A DNA stretch of 64,000 nucleotides from an uncultured Planctomycetota bacterium (GCA_963823665.1 CAWGMQ010000005.1:32001-96000); one strand, 5' to 3'. Shown: positions 45,858-57,978, numbered from the stretch's first letter. Notes: generated by a model not told the origin, from the letters alone. Translations and numbers: made by a program.

Positions 45858-47147
45858 GTGACAGTTCGGCCACCTCATTGGTGTTCGGCTGTCAACGTGA
45901 TGGATTTCGCGACGGATCGACCACGACTTCATTGGTACCAAGCGATGCCCGAAACTGTGATGTCAGGCCGCGCCTGGCGAATCGATCGATTCCGATCATC
46001 CCAAAGTGCCGCCCAGAGCCTTGAAGTTGCCGAACCGGAACTGACGTGCAAGGACGCCGGGCTCGAGGAGCCTGCGGCCGCCCCCGAGCCAGAAACTCGA
46101 CGCGCGGGTCTGGCCGGGCGACTGAGCCAAGGTGCACGAGACTGGGTGTGGCGCCGCATCGGCCGGCGCTGGCTTGGTCACGCGCGATTCGAGGCGCTCG
46201 TGCACCGGTTCGCCGCACTCATCGACCAGTCCGACGATCCGGCGGATGTGGAAGCGGCGCTTTTGCGAATCGTTCGTCATATGGTGCCGTCGAGTCGGGT
46301 CGAATTGGTGCCTCTGGCCGAATCGCATCATCATGACGAAACAAGTGGCGCAGGGGATGCGGCGGATCCTGGCTCCGTGGGCGGGGCGAACGAGAGAACG
46401 CTGGAGATCCCGCTGCGCTGCGGAGCATCGATCTACGCGCGGCTTCGCATTCGCCCACGAGCGGGCGGCAAGTCTCGCTACCGAACCGAAGATGTGAGGC
46501 GCCTGGCGACGATCGCAACGATGGCGGCGTGCGCGATGGAGGGCATGGGGCTTTTCACGGAATGGCCGGACATCAACGTGAGGGAGACCGATAGGGGAAA
46601 ACCGAGGAGCAGCGAGGTCACGCGTGCCGATGGGCATCGTCGTGAGGTCCATCTGCAGGACGCGACGTTCTTGAACGCGGTGCTGCCGTTTGCGCTCTCC
46701 CAAGCCCGACGGCACCGTGAGCCGCTGTCGATCGTGTGTGTTGCGATCGACCGGCTGAGCGCCGTCAAGCAGTTGCTGGGCAAAGCTGAATCCGATCGTT
46801 TGATCCAGCACGTTGCGCAGACAGTTGGGCAACTGATTCGCTCGAGTGACATCGTGGCCCGTCTGGACGACGACCGAATCGTGGCGGTGCTGCCTCGCGC
46901 CCCGCGTGGGGGTGCGCTTCACGTCGCCGAGAATATCTGCCGCGCGGTCCGCGAGTCTTCGCCACCGGGCTGCGAGACGCCCTCCTTGTCGGTTTCGATC
47001 GGTGCCGCTACCTTTCCGTCGTGCGCCGACAACGTTTACTCGCTGTTCGACGCGGCCGATGAAGCGCTCGCCTGGGCTCAGAAGAACGGTCGGAGCCGGG
47101 CGGTTGTCGCGCGACCGCGGGTGCTTGCGACGGCGGCTATCGTGTAG
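45858..47147 (+). CDS. Degenerate GGDEF-domain protein
   Basis: ARRHREPLSIVCVAID, IRSSDIVARLDDDR, SVSIGAA, AADEAL..AQKNGR. Start uncertain. Confidence 0.85.
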   Translation: MTVRPPHWCSAVNVMDFATDRPRLHWYQAMPETVMSGRAWRIDRFRSSQSAAQSLEVAEPELTCKDAGLEEPAAAPEPETRRAGLAGRLSQGARDWVWRRIGRRWLGHARFEALVHRFAALIDQSDDPADVEAALLRIVRHMVPSSRVELVPLAESHHHDETSGAGDAADPGSVGGANERTLEIPLRCGASIYARLRIRPRAGGKSRYRTEDVRRLATIATMAACAMEGMGLFTEWPDINVRETDRGKPRSSEVTRADGHRREVHLQDATFLNAVLPFALSQARRHREPLSIVCVAIDRLSAVKQLLGKAESDRLIQHVAQTVGQLIRSSDIVARLDDDRIVAVLPRAPRGGALHVAENICRAVRESSPPGCETPSLSVSIGAATFPSCADNVYSLFDAADEALAWAQKNGRSRAVVARPRVLATAAIV

Positions 47148-47298
47148 CGGGGCACGGGTGGTACCTAGGCGATTCTCTCCCGTTGCCGATGCGCCGAGTC
47201 TATGGTACGAGTTGAATGGGGCTGGGTGGCAGACGATTCTTCGCGGAGCGAAGGGCGACAATTTGCTGATACTGGCGATAACAACGCACATCGAACGC

Positions 47299-47748
47299 AT
47301 GCTGAAGGCGATGGTCTGGGCGGACGCGCAGTTGCTGGCGGCGATCCGCGCGCATACCGCCAGTCAGACGGAGGCTCTACCGCTTTTTGGTCATGTTCTG
47401 GCGGCCGAACACCTCTGGCTCTGCCGGCTCGAATCTCGCGAGCCGGGTGTGGCGGTCTGGCCGACGATTTCGATTGGCGAATGCGAGGCTCTTGCGGGCG
47501 AAAACGCCCGTGGCTATCAACTTTATCTCGAAAAGCTCGGTGAAACCGGCCTGGCAGCAATGGTGCGGTATCGGAACAGCAAAGGTGACGAATACACCAA
47601 CTCGGTGCTCGACATCCTGACCCACGTGGTGATCCACGGGGCGTATCATCGCGGTCAAGTTGCCCGGGTCATCGGACGCGCGGGCGGGCAGACTCCCAAC
47701 ACCGACTACATCGCGTATATTCGATCGCTGGGAGAGTCAGGGGCGTGA
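47299..47748 (+). CDS. DinB family protein
   Basis: WAD, HVLAAEHLW, ILTHVVIHGAYHRGQ, TDYI. Confidence 0.9.
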   Translation: MLKAMVWADAQLLAAIRAHTASQTEALPLFGHVLAAEHLWLCRLESREPGVAVWPTISIGECEALAGENARGYQLYLEKLGETGLAAMVRYRNSKGDEYTNSVLDILTHVVIHGAYHRGQVARVIGRAGGQTPNTDYIAYIRSLGESGA

Positions 47749-49585
47749 GGAGTCGAGTGGGGGCGGGGACGGTTCTTCCTTGGGACCCGCTGCGTCGCCC
47801 TCTTCCGGAGCTTCTCGGCCTCGACGTGAAACATCCCAACCGCGGGCGATGATATCGTCGGTCCCGTCATTTTGTAGTCGCTGCTTGTCGAATTCGCCGT
47901 GATCATCGCGGCGGTTCGCGCCGACAGAGTAGACGATGAGCCCTCCGTCGAGCCGCTGGATGCGATAGGGCTCGCCGGTGTACGGGTCGGCTGGTGGCCT
48001 GGGCAGAATTGCCGGATCGATGGCCGCGATCGACTCGGGCCATTTGCCGGTCTTTTTGCGATGGCGTTCGGCGGCGATCAGAAGGGCCGTCGCGCCGGAG
48101 TCGGCACGGGACCGGGCGTGCGCGAAGGCTGCCGCGGGCGCAGCGGGGAAGATCTTGATCGGAAGAGAAGTGAGCCAGAACGAAACCGAGTTTTGCGGCA
48201 CGTTGAAACGCCATCGGAAATCCGACCACAGTGCGGCGCGCGCGGCAAATGGCTCGAGCTCGATCTTGCGAGCGTCATTCATCCACTGGAGCATGACGGC
48301 CTGTTGGAGGTCCAAATAAAGCTTGTACCATGGGGTTACATGGTTGCGCGGGCGATTGGGATTGAGTTTCGATTTGTCTTCGCGCAGCTCTTCTATCGTT
48401 ACTTCACCGGCCGCAATTCGCCGGAGAATCTCCACCCACATGGCGCGCTCACCTCTCAGGCCGTAGTGGATGAGCGGCTCATCCAGCTCGCTCAAGAGTC
48501 GATCTTGAATTCCGGCGAGCCCCTGATCAGACGGCTCTCCTTGACCCAGAACGCGGCGGATGGCCTTCGAGGCTTCGTTCGAGGTTCCGAACTGGGTGAG
48601 CTGCGAGATCAAAAACGGCTCGTCACCGATTGAACGTGCTGCGCCCAACATCGCGCGGCACGATTCGAGCGCACCGTCGAAGTCTCGGTCGTGGGCGCGG
48701 ATCGCGCTGTCGGCTGCCAGCAGCCGCGCCAGATCGCGGACATTCAGGAGCCAGGGCAAGGGCGTGTCGATCAAGCGAGGCCCGAGATTCGGGTCAAATC
48801 GACCCCGGGTGTAGCGGGTGAGGGTGTGCGCGATTCGCAACGCTTCAGCGAACTGCTGGCGCGCCTCCCGGAGCGAGGCAACGTCCTCGATGCCGAGCCG
48901 GCAGTCATCATCGACCGCGTTCAATCGCTCCTGGCAAGTCTTCAGGAATGCGAAGGTCTTGGTGAATTCGTCCGGCATGACCTCGGGAAGCAGCGCAGCG
49001 GCTTTGACGACGACCGGAGCGGAATTCTCGGCGTCGGCCACCGGCACGCGATGGGCCAGCAGGTCGGCGATGCGCCAGTAGGGATCGTCGCGATCGGCTT
49101 GGGCGGTGGCGCGCGCAAGTTGCTGGTTGACTAACGCTCCGGCTAACGTACCCGCAACGTATGAGAGCCCGATCAGGAGGATCGCGAATACCCCGAACGC
49201 CACGCCGAGCCACCGCACGATTCTGCTTCGTCTCGTGATCGGTCGCGGCGCGCTGCTCGGTTTCGAATGATCTCGTGCAACGAGCCACCGAATCAACTCA
49301 ATGACGGCTCCGACCAATCCGCTGAACGCAACCGCAGCCACACACACTCCCAGACTGGGCAAGAGGAATGCAGGCACGTCCCAGCCGCGGCCCGACCCTG
49401 CGCCGAACAGCGTGATCGCGATGGCCGGGATGAGGAACAACACCGCGACGGCGCCGGCAAGGTGCGATGCCCTGCGGATTTTCCTCGTTGCTGCGCAGCA
49501 TCGATTGCAGCAGTCCGGGACGCGGAAGGTCGCCGCTGGTCGCACCGGACGCATCTCGGGGCGGTCGGAAATCGTCAGAGCACAT
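47737..49585 (-). CDS. Membrane-anchored protein with GspG-like C-terminal motif, paralog 1 (apparent frameshift ~49495)
   Basis: DRDDPYWRIADLLAHR..DAENSA, DEPFLISQL, AAERHRKKTGKWP, DPYTG, YSVGANRRDDHG. The MCSDD... N-terminus in another frame aligns with the paralog 2 N-terminus. Confidence 0.8.
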
Positions 49586-49644
49586 GGGAGCCGTCGGTTC
49601 TTGGTGGACTCGTGGCGGACGGTGTCATTGCGAGTCGTCCCTTA

Positions 49645-51526
49645 TCACTCGTCTTCGGCTTCCTCGGCTTTAGCCGGTTGCCGCCGTAGGGAAAGATCCC
49701 ACAACTGCGCACCCGCGTCGTCATCCAGGCCGCGCATCCAGGTTCTGGGGGCGTACGCGCCGTGCTCGTCCATTCCGTTGGGCCCGAGCGAGTAGACGAA
49801 GAGCTGCCCGTCGCGGTGTTCCATCCGGAACGACGCGCCCGTGAATGGGTCAGCGGGCGCGCCCGGCAGGATGGTGCGATCGATCGCGGCGACTGACTCT
49901 GGCCATTTGCCCGTCTTCTTGCGGTGTCGCTCGGCGGCCACGAGGATGGCATTGGCAGCCAGATCCGTCTGATAGCGCGAGAACGCCGTGCTCGCGGTGG
50001 CGACTGCCGGCGCGAGCATCAAGGGGAGCATTTCTGTGTAAGCGACGATCGGGCTGCGCTTCCTCCGCTCGGCCTCGGCCTCCCAGGCGCGCCAGAGCGC
50101 GGAGCGCTCGTCGATGGGCCGGCGCGATGGCAACGGCCTCGGTCATTCGTTCCAGCGCAACGGCCTGCTGCTGATCGAACCAGAGCTTTCCCCATGGCGC
50201 GACCGCGCCTGGCGGGCCGGCGCGATCAGACGCCGCGCCGTCGCTGAGCGCGGAGATCGGGATTTCCCCGGTTCCGAGCCGCCGGATGATCTCGGTCAAC
50301 ACGGCTCGTTCGCCCTTCACGCCGATGATCAAAAGCGGCTGCTTCATCTCGTCGAGCAGGAGCTCCTGGAGCGAGGCCAGAGCGGCGTCAGACGCTTCGC
50401 CCTGGCCGAGCACGCGCCACGTCGCGTCGAGCGCCGATTCGCCGATGGCGATGTGCACGAGATGCGAGATCAGGAAGGGCTCGTCACCGATCGATCGACC
50501 GGCTGCGAAGATGGCGCGGCAGGAGTCGAGAGCGCCCGAGAGGTCGCCGTCACGCGCCCGGATCACGGCACTGGCATACAGTAGACGCGCCAATCCTCGG
50601 GTGCCCTGGACGTGGGGCAAGAGCGTGTCAATCACCGCCGGCGCGATGATCAGCTCGTGGCGGCCGCGGGGGTATTTCACGAGCGACCGGGCCAATTCGA
50701 CCGCTTTGTCATGTTTTTTCAGCTCGGTGCGCAGCGATTTTTCCAGTGATTCGCTCATCCTGAGATTCGTCGGGGTGTCATGAATTGAGTCGAACTGCTT
50801 GACGAATTCCGCGCGGGTGGGGTCTGGTACTCCGAGATTCGCCGTGGGGCGCTCGGGCCAGCCGTCGGGGATCAGAGCGAGTATCTCGTCGATCACCGGT
50901 GCGGAGTTGAGTGAATCGGACACTGCCCGGCGGTGAGCGAGCAGGTCAGCGAGGCGCCAGTTCGGGTCATCCTGATCGGCGGCGGCGATTGCCGCTGCCA
51001 GCCTCCGATCGACCAGGCGCCCGACGTACGCGCCGATGATACCTGCGGCGACGAGAATCAGCAGCAGCGGGATGCCGACGAGCCAGGGCCAAAGCCTGCG
51101 CCGGTGCCTTTTCTTGGGATAGCCGGCTGGCTTGTCAGCGGTGCGCGCAGGCGAAACCTCGTCGTCCGCGGACAAACTGATTGCACCCGCCGCGACCGGA
51201 CGCCGCCTCGTGATCTGTGCCGCGAGGAGCGCGACCGAGCCGCCGATCAAGGCCCCAAAAGCGGTGAATAACAGGAGGACGCCAATACCAGCCGGCACGT
51301 AGCTGGAAAACGCGAGGCCGCGGCCCGAGCCCAGGCCAAACGCGGTGACTGCGAGCGCCGGGACAATCAAGAGCGACGCCAGGAGCCCTGAGACCACGCC
51401 GGCGATGCGCATTCCGCTCTTCGCCCCGCGCCAGATGGAAGCGCGCGGCCCCGTGGGTGGAACTTCGCGCTGCTCGGCGCCCGAGGGGGTTTTCGGTGGG
51501 ACCGGCTCGTATGGGTTCTCTGTCAT
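49645..51526 (-). CDS. Membrane-anchored protein with GspG-like C-terminal motif, paralog 2 (frameshift ~50118)
   Basis: DQDDPNWRLADLLAHR, DEPFLISHLV; the shifted frame has AAERHRKKTGKWP, DPFTG, YSLGPNGMDEHG. Confidence 0.82.
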
Positions 51527-51568
51527 TTTTTCGATGCCTGGATGAACGTTGTCATTCGCGGCTGCAGG

Positions 51569-53091
51569 TCACTGCGGGTTAACGGGAGTCTGCGACGGCT
51601 TGGCTTCTGCCGGCTTTGCGTATGGTCGCCCGCGGAGCCTCACATCCCACGCTCGCGCGCCGACGTCGTCGGGGCCGCCTTTGATCCAAAGTTTCGGGTC
51701 GTACTTGCCGTGCTCGTCCTGGCCGTTGAGTCCGATCGAATAAATCACGATCTGTCCGTCGTGGTATTCCATGCGAAACGGTTTTCCCGTGAACGGGTCT
51801 ACCGGTGGGCTGGGCAAGATATTCGAGTCGATTTCCTTGATTGTTGCGGGCCATTTGCCGGTCTTGCGTCGGTGGCGCTCGGCGGCGATCAAGATTGCTG
51901 TCGCGGCGAGCTCAGCTTGAGACCGGCAGAAGGCAGTGCTGGCGGCACGTGTTGCTGGAGTTAACATTAGTGGAAGCATCGCCGTGAGTTTTCCGATGCG
52001 GCTCTGCCTGAGCGCGACGATCTTCGCTTCCCACGCCGCCCAGAGGCGCGCTGCTCGAAGGCCGGGCGCCGCGAAATTGCAACCGCCTCGGTGAGCCAGT
52101 CGAGCGCGATGGTGCGCTGGCCGGTGAAGATGAATCCGACAAAACGCAGAGCCGACCGGCCGGCAGTGTCCGCGCCGGTCGACGGCTTGGGCGAACCGCC
52201 TTCGATTGCCGAGAGTGGAACCTCCCCCTCCTCCAGGCGACGAATCAGCTCAGTCACCATGGCTCGCTCGCCCCTCATTCCATTGAACAACAGAGGCTGT
52301 GCGTGCTCATCGAGAATCAAGGCTTGGAGTCGGGCGAGCGCGGCCTCCGAAGGCTCGCCCTGGCCGAGCACTCGCGACGTGGATCGCATTGCGACGCCAT
52401 CAATCGCAATCCGGACGAGCGAGGAAATGAGGGTCGGCTCGTCACCGATCGAACGGGCCGTGCCGATCAAGGCGCGGCATGAATCGAGTGCGCCGTCGGC
52501 GTCACCATTCTGGGCGCGGATTGCTGTGTCGGCATCGAGCAGGCGTGCGAGACCCCGCGTGGACTGCGTTTCAGCCAGAAGGGTGTCGATCACCGCGGGT
52601 CCGATCAGGATTTCGTGGCGCCCGCGGCGGAAGTTGGCGACGGTGCGTGCCAGCGCCAGCGCCGCTGCTTGATTCTTGAGCTCGCTTGCGAGCGCTTCGG
52701 CGTCCTGCTCGTCCAGTCGCACATTTGCGCTGGTCGTCGCGAGCCGTTCATAGGCATCGGCGGCGGCGCGTGCGGCATCACTCGGCGCACCGGTACCGCG
52801 CCCGCGGGGATTCAGCCAATCCTTGGGGAGCAGCGCGACGGCTTTTGCCACGACCAGTGCCGAGTTTTCCGCGTCCGGCACTTGCTCGCGATGGGCCAGC
52901 AGATCGTCGAGCCGCCAGTACGGGTCGTCACGATCAGCCGCTGCGACTGCGGTCGCCAAGCTCTTATTTCCCGTCGACCTCATGTAGATCACTGTCAGAG
53001 CGACAGTGACCAGCAGGAGCAATAATGGGACACCGATCAGCCAGAGCCAGAGGCTGCGGCGCTTTGCTTTTGGGGAATCGTCGTCAGCCAT
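51569..53091 (-). CDS. Membrane-anchored protein with GspG-like C-terminal motif, paralog 3 (frameshift ~52040)
   Basis: GGAG RBS, single TM, DRDDPYWRLDDLLAHR, DEPTLISSLV; the shifted frame has AAERHRRKTGKWP, DPFTG, YSIGLNGQDEHG. Confidence 0.82.
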
Positions 53092-53427
53092 CGCCGCTTT
53101 TAACACTCCTTCGAGACGTCGTGCGAGACGTTTCGATACGATTGAATGTCGGAGTCTCCCGATCGGGACCCTGATCAAGCGATTATGGTTCGGGACGCGG
53201 GGGCGCTGCAAGCCGCTCACCTGCGCGCGTGTGTTTCCCTGCGTTGCGGGCTCGGATACGATTTGTGCGCGGTGGGGCTCACGTGCGTGGTCACATGCTT
53301 CGGCGTCCGACGCGTCCGCAACTCGGGGCCTGCGAAACGCGTTCGATGGTCGGCCGATCGAATTGGCCTCGAATTTGCGGACCGCGTTCTACCATTGCGA
53401 CAAATCTTCACCAGCGGAGATCGCACC

Positions 53428-54979
53428 ATGCGCAAAGACTTCGGGTTGTACCTGATGCTCGCGGCAGGCGTGCTCGGCAGCAGTTGCGTTCTGTCATTTC
53501 CTGGCGTTGCAGCGCGAGCGCAACAAGCGACCGCAGCGGCTGCCCCTGCCGACGCCATTGAAGCGGCCCAGACTCCGAATGCTGTCCAGCCAAGTCGTGC
53601 CGAACAACAGAAGAGCGCGCACGACCAGTCAGATGTGTTCTCCGCCGCCAAAGGCGCCGCTTCCTCTGCGGCTCTCGCGACCCAGCCGGAGAGCGGCCAG
53701 ATCTTCGGCTTCGACTTCTACCGCGACCCATTGAACGCCAAGAAGCCGATGGAGAGCTTTGAAGATAACATGAAGGCCGACATCGCCGCCAAGGCTGCGA
53801 TCATGGAGGCACAGCGGAAGCTGCTCGAACAGCGGTACAACCTCACCCCTGCCCTCGATCCTGAAGCCAAGATGTCACGCGGCAAGCCGCTTTGCGTGGG
53901 GCCGACTGCTCGACTGGCGCAAGGGGCCACATGGGAGAGCCTCGCAGGGATGAGTGCCGCCGAGATCCGCGGCGCCGGCGCGTTCCCTTATCCGTCGCTG
54001 CCGCATCCCAAGCACACGCCGGGCGGCCAGGTGTTTCCCAAAATGCAGATCGCGATGTTTCCCCGGCTCGAACGTTTCGACGTTGATTTCGATCTGCCCG
54101 AAGCGTTCCTGCCCGAGTTTCCGCCGGCGATTTATCTTCAGTCGCCGGACCGAGCTCGGAGACGTCTCGCGCGGTGAGGTCGTTTCGATCAACAACTATT
54201 ATCGGCTGTTCAAGGACATCCTGACGCCCGTTCAGCTCGACGGGCTGCGGCTGTTACTCATGCCCTTCCCGCAGGAAGAATTCAATCCCACCGATGACCG
54301 GAAGAGCGCGAATCCGAGCCTGGGCGTGACCTGCTTTGATTGCCACGTCAACGGACATACCACCGGGCAGTTCCACCTGAACCCTGATAATCGGCCGCAG
54401 CAGCGGCGGTTACGGCTGGACACCGTGAGCTTGCGCGGCGTCTTGCACCAGCAGATTCACGGCTCGAAGCGCAGCCTGCGCTCGGTGGAAGACTTCACGG
54501 AATTCGAGCAGCGGACGGCGTACTTCAACGGGGACGAGATTCACGCGATGAAGAAGGGATTCAACATCCTGGACCGGATTCAGGTCTCGCACATGGCGCA
54601 GATACAGAACATGCTCGATTTTCCGCCGGCCCCCAAGCTGGACCGCCTGGGGCATCTCGACCCGGCCAAGGCGAGCCCGGCCGAGCTGCGCGGCGAGAAG
54701 CTGTTCTCGGGCAAGGCGCAATGCGCGTCATGCCACCCGGCGCCTTTCTATCTGGACAACCAGATGCACGACCTGCGCGTCGAGGAGTTCGTTGCCGAGT
54801 CGCCGAGTGGTCCGATCAAGACGTTCACGCTGCGCGGCATCAAGGACAGCCCGCCGTATCTCCACGACGGACGCTGCCTGACGCTGGAAGATACGGTCGA
54901 GTTCTTCAACTTGATCATGGGACTGAAGCTCACCAAGGAGGAGAAGACGGACCTGGTCGCGTTCATGCGCCAGCTTTGA
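53428..54979 (+). CDS. Periplasmic di-heme cytochrome c of the peroxidase/MauG-like superfamily (frameshift ~54140)
   Basis: Signal peptide, CFDCH and CASCH heme motifs, LDTVSLRG, KTFTLRGIKDSPPYLHDGR. Confidence 0.88.
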
Positions 54980-54986
54980 ACCGACG

Positions 54987-56498
54987 TCACGGCGCCTCGT
55001 AGACTTCCAGCTCGTTGTGGGTGGGGTCGTCCGGATCGGTGCCCCGGATGAGCACGATTCGCTCGCCCGGGGCGATCAATCCGCGGTCGCGGCCCCATTT
55101 CAGGACGAACTCACGAAGATCGGCGCGGCCGGTCAAGCTCGGAATCGGCTCGGAGACCACGCCCCAGAGCAGGGACATCGATCGAAGTGTATGCAATTCG
55201 CCACACAGGGCGAGTATCAGGCTGCGGCCGCGCTGGTTGGAGAGCGCCGCGGCCGTGCGGCCCGAGTGGGTCTCGACGACGATCAAAGCTGCGTCGAGCT
55301 GTTCGGCGATCAGGCTCGCGGCTGCAACCACGCTGTCGGTGATCGGCAGTACCAGTCCGGCGCGCGCCACGGCCTCGGTGCCGGCGGGCGCGGGTGCCTG
55401 ATCGAGAGCGCCCGCCTTCGGCGTGGCGGGGATCGGGCCGGTTCGGCGGTTCTCGAAGAGGCGGCGCTCGGCCTCGCCGATGATCCGGCTCATCATCGCC
55501 ACGGATTCGACCGGGTAAGACCCGATCGCAGTTTCGCCGGAGAGCATGACGGCGTCGGTGCCGTCGAGCACGGCGTTATACACGTCGCTGGCCTCGGCGC
55601 GAGTCGGACGGCTGGAGAGCTCCATGCTGCCGAGCATCTGCGTCGCCGTGATCACGGGCACCCGGCTGCGCCGGCATGTCTCGATGATTCGCTTTTGAAT
55701 TTCGGGCACGCGGATCACGTCGAGCTCCACGCCCAGGTCACCGCGAGCGATCATCACGGCGTCGGCCTCTGCGACGATGGCCTGGAGGTGCACAACGGCT
55801 TGCGGCTTCTCGATCTTGGCGATGATCTTCGCTTTCGAACACCGGCGGTCGAGCTCTTCTCGCAACCGCCGGATGTCCTCGGCCGTGCGCACGAACGAGA
55901 GGCCCACATAGGCAACGTCGTGCTTGCTGGTCCATTCGAGATCGGCCAGGTCTTTTTCCGTGAGAGCGGCCACGCTCAAGCCAGCGCCGGGGACGTTGAT
56001 TCCTTGATGTGAGCGAATCTGGCCCGGCAGCGTGACCTTGAGCTTGACCGATCCCGACCCTCGCTCGATCACGTCCATGGCGACGGTTCCGTCCGCGAAC
56101 AGAACACTCTGGCCGAGCTGGAGGTCGTGCGGCAAGTCGCGGTGAGTCGAGGTCAAGCGATGAGGATCATCTCCTTGCTCGGGCTCACTCGTGAGGATGA
56201 ACTCGGCGTCGAGATCGCAGACGGCAACTCCGCCGGGAATCGCCCCCAGGCGGATCTTGGGACCGCAAAGGTCTTGCAACACCGCGAGCTGAACCTGCTT
56301 TTCGGCGGCGATGCGCCTGACCAGATTGAGGTTGGCGGTGTGTTCTTCATGCGTGCCGTGCGAAAAATTCAGCCGGAACACGTCGGCACCGGCGTCAATC
56401 ATGCGGCCGAGCACGCCGGCATCGCACGATGCCGGGCCCAGGGTGGCGACGATCTTGGTTCGGATTTTGCCGACGGCTTCTTTGTAATGTAGATCCAT
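54987..56498 (-). CDS. pyk: Pyruvate kinase
   Basis: RTKIVATLGPAS, FRLNFSHG, IIAKIEK, MIARGDLGVE, ATQML, PTRAEASDV, DAVMLSGETA. Confidence 0.98.
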   Translation of the reverse strand: MDLHYKEAVGKIRTKIVATLGPASCDAGVLGRMIDAGADVFRLNFSHGTHEEHTANLNLVRRIAAEKQVQLAVLQDLCGPKIRLGAIPGGVAVCDLDAEFILTSEPEQGDDPHRLTSTHRDLPHDLQLGQSVLFADGTVAMDVIERGSGSVKLKVTLPGQIRSHQGINVPGAGLSVAALTEKDLADLEWTSKHDVAYVGLSFVRTAEDIRRLREELDRRCSKAKIIAKIEKPQAVVHLQAIVAEADAVMIARGDLGVELDVIRVPEIQKRIIETCRRSRVPVITATQMLGSMELSSRPTRAEASDVYNAVLDGTDAVMLSGETAIGSYPVESVAMMSRIIGEAERRLFENRRTGPIPATPKAGALDQAPAPAGTEAVARAGLVLPITDSVVAAASLIAEQLDAALIVVETHSGRTAAALSNQRGRSLILALCGELHTLRSMSLLWGVVSEPIPSLTGRADLREFVLKWGRDRGLIAPGERIVLIRGTDPDDPTHNELEVYEAP

Positions 56499-56624
56499 GT
56501 TGTTTGATTTATGGGACTCGGGGGGGATTTCTGAAGGACACAATTCGATTGGTTGATTCTACCTCGGCGCCTGTTCTTCGTGGGGCGATTTTCTCGACTG
56601 TGCCAGTAGGTCGATGCGGCGCGA

Positions 56625-57978
56625 TCAGCCGTGCCGGGCGATGCGGTAGCGGATTGCGCCTGTGGAGCTGGCGCGCGTCCACTCGCCCCAGCGCCAGAGT
56701 GCGAGACCGACGGCGGTGCCGGCCGCGGCCGACAGGGCGTCGCTGATATCGGCCGCCCGTCCGGGGAGGAAGACTTGACCAAACTCGAACAGGACGCCGA
56801 GCGATAGCCCGATCAGCAAAGCGCCGACAAAGGACTGGCGGTTGGTGCGCGCCGCGAGCAGAGCACCGAGCGGGGCGAAGATCAGGACCTGGCCGATGAC
56901 GTCGGCCAGATCGGCGATCGTTCGGCTGAAGAAATAGGACCAGAATGGAACCACCATTGCCAGGTTCCAGTACGGCGGCGCGGGAAGGGTGAATCGCGGC
57001 GGGTTCCACAGGGTGAAAGTCACGGCCAGGCACCAGATCGCGATGGCCGGCATGATCAGGCGATGGGGATCGAGCTCGCGCGACAGCACCACCACGGCGG
57101 CGCCAGAAGCCGACCCGAACAAGGCGAGCACGATTGAAGTGGCGTCGACGTCGCGCGCGGGAATCGCAAGCTGGGATGTTTCGATCGCCAAGCTCAATAG
57201 AACCGAAGCCCCGATGGCCCAGCCGATCGGACGAACGCCGCGGACGCGTGATTCGCGTGCGGCCAATGCGAAGAGGCCGCCGGCGAGCGTCCAGGTGAGC
57301 AGCTCAGCCGCCCAGTAACCTGGTTTGGTGGATCTCAATGGCTGTGTAGCCGGCCGTCCAAACGGAACCCACTGCACGACGTCAAACGCCGACTTCAGAT
57401 CATGCGGCCTGAGCTTGAAGCCGAACGGTGACAGAGCGGAGAGTAATAGAATGGCGCCGGTCAAGAACTGCGCACGTCGTGCGCGGACGCGAGATGATCG
57501 CGTGGCGAAGTCGTACCGAGAGGATCGGCCAGACCAGACGGATCCATGGCCAGCCGACCAATGCCCCGACGGTGGCACCGAAGCTATTGGTCACGAGGTC
57601 GATAAACGAGCAGGCGCGCTTCGGGGCAAACAACTGAGCCAGCTCGACCGAGCCGCTCAGGAACGCCCCCGTGCACATCGCAACCGCGATCGACACGATG
57701 AAACCCGCGCCGCGGCGTGCGAGCGCCATCGCCAGCAGCAACCCCCAGGGAACGAAGAGGAGCACGTTTCCATAGACGTCAGCCCACGAGCCGCCCTTGA
57801 GCGGCGCGGTTCGGAGTCGTTGCAGCCGTTGCTCGACCAGCTCTCTCGACGCCGAAAAGTTGAATGGCAGAAGCGTGGCATAGAAGATGAACAATCCCCA
57901 CAAGACGAGCAGCCACAAGACCGGGTCACTCAGCCACTTCGATTGCAGGATCCTCTGCTCGATGCGTTTCCAGTGCAC
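56625..57978 (-). CDS. Multi-VanZ-domain membrane protein (frameshift ~57510)
   Basis: Three VanZ-like units (GNVLLFVPWG..VELAQLFAPKR..DL; IETSQLAIPAR..D; GQVLIFAPLG..FEFGQVFLPGR..DAL). Confidence 0.85.

Noticed and set aside
1..47147. A single biofilm locus uniting the adhesin, glycosyltransferases, GH135 and GGDEF genes
   Set aside because: The genes are dispersed, on different strands and interleaved with unrelated functions; there is no evidence of co-regulation.
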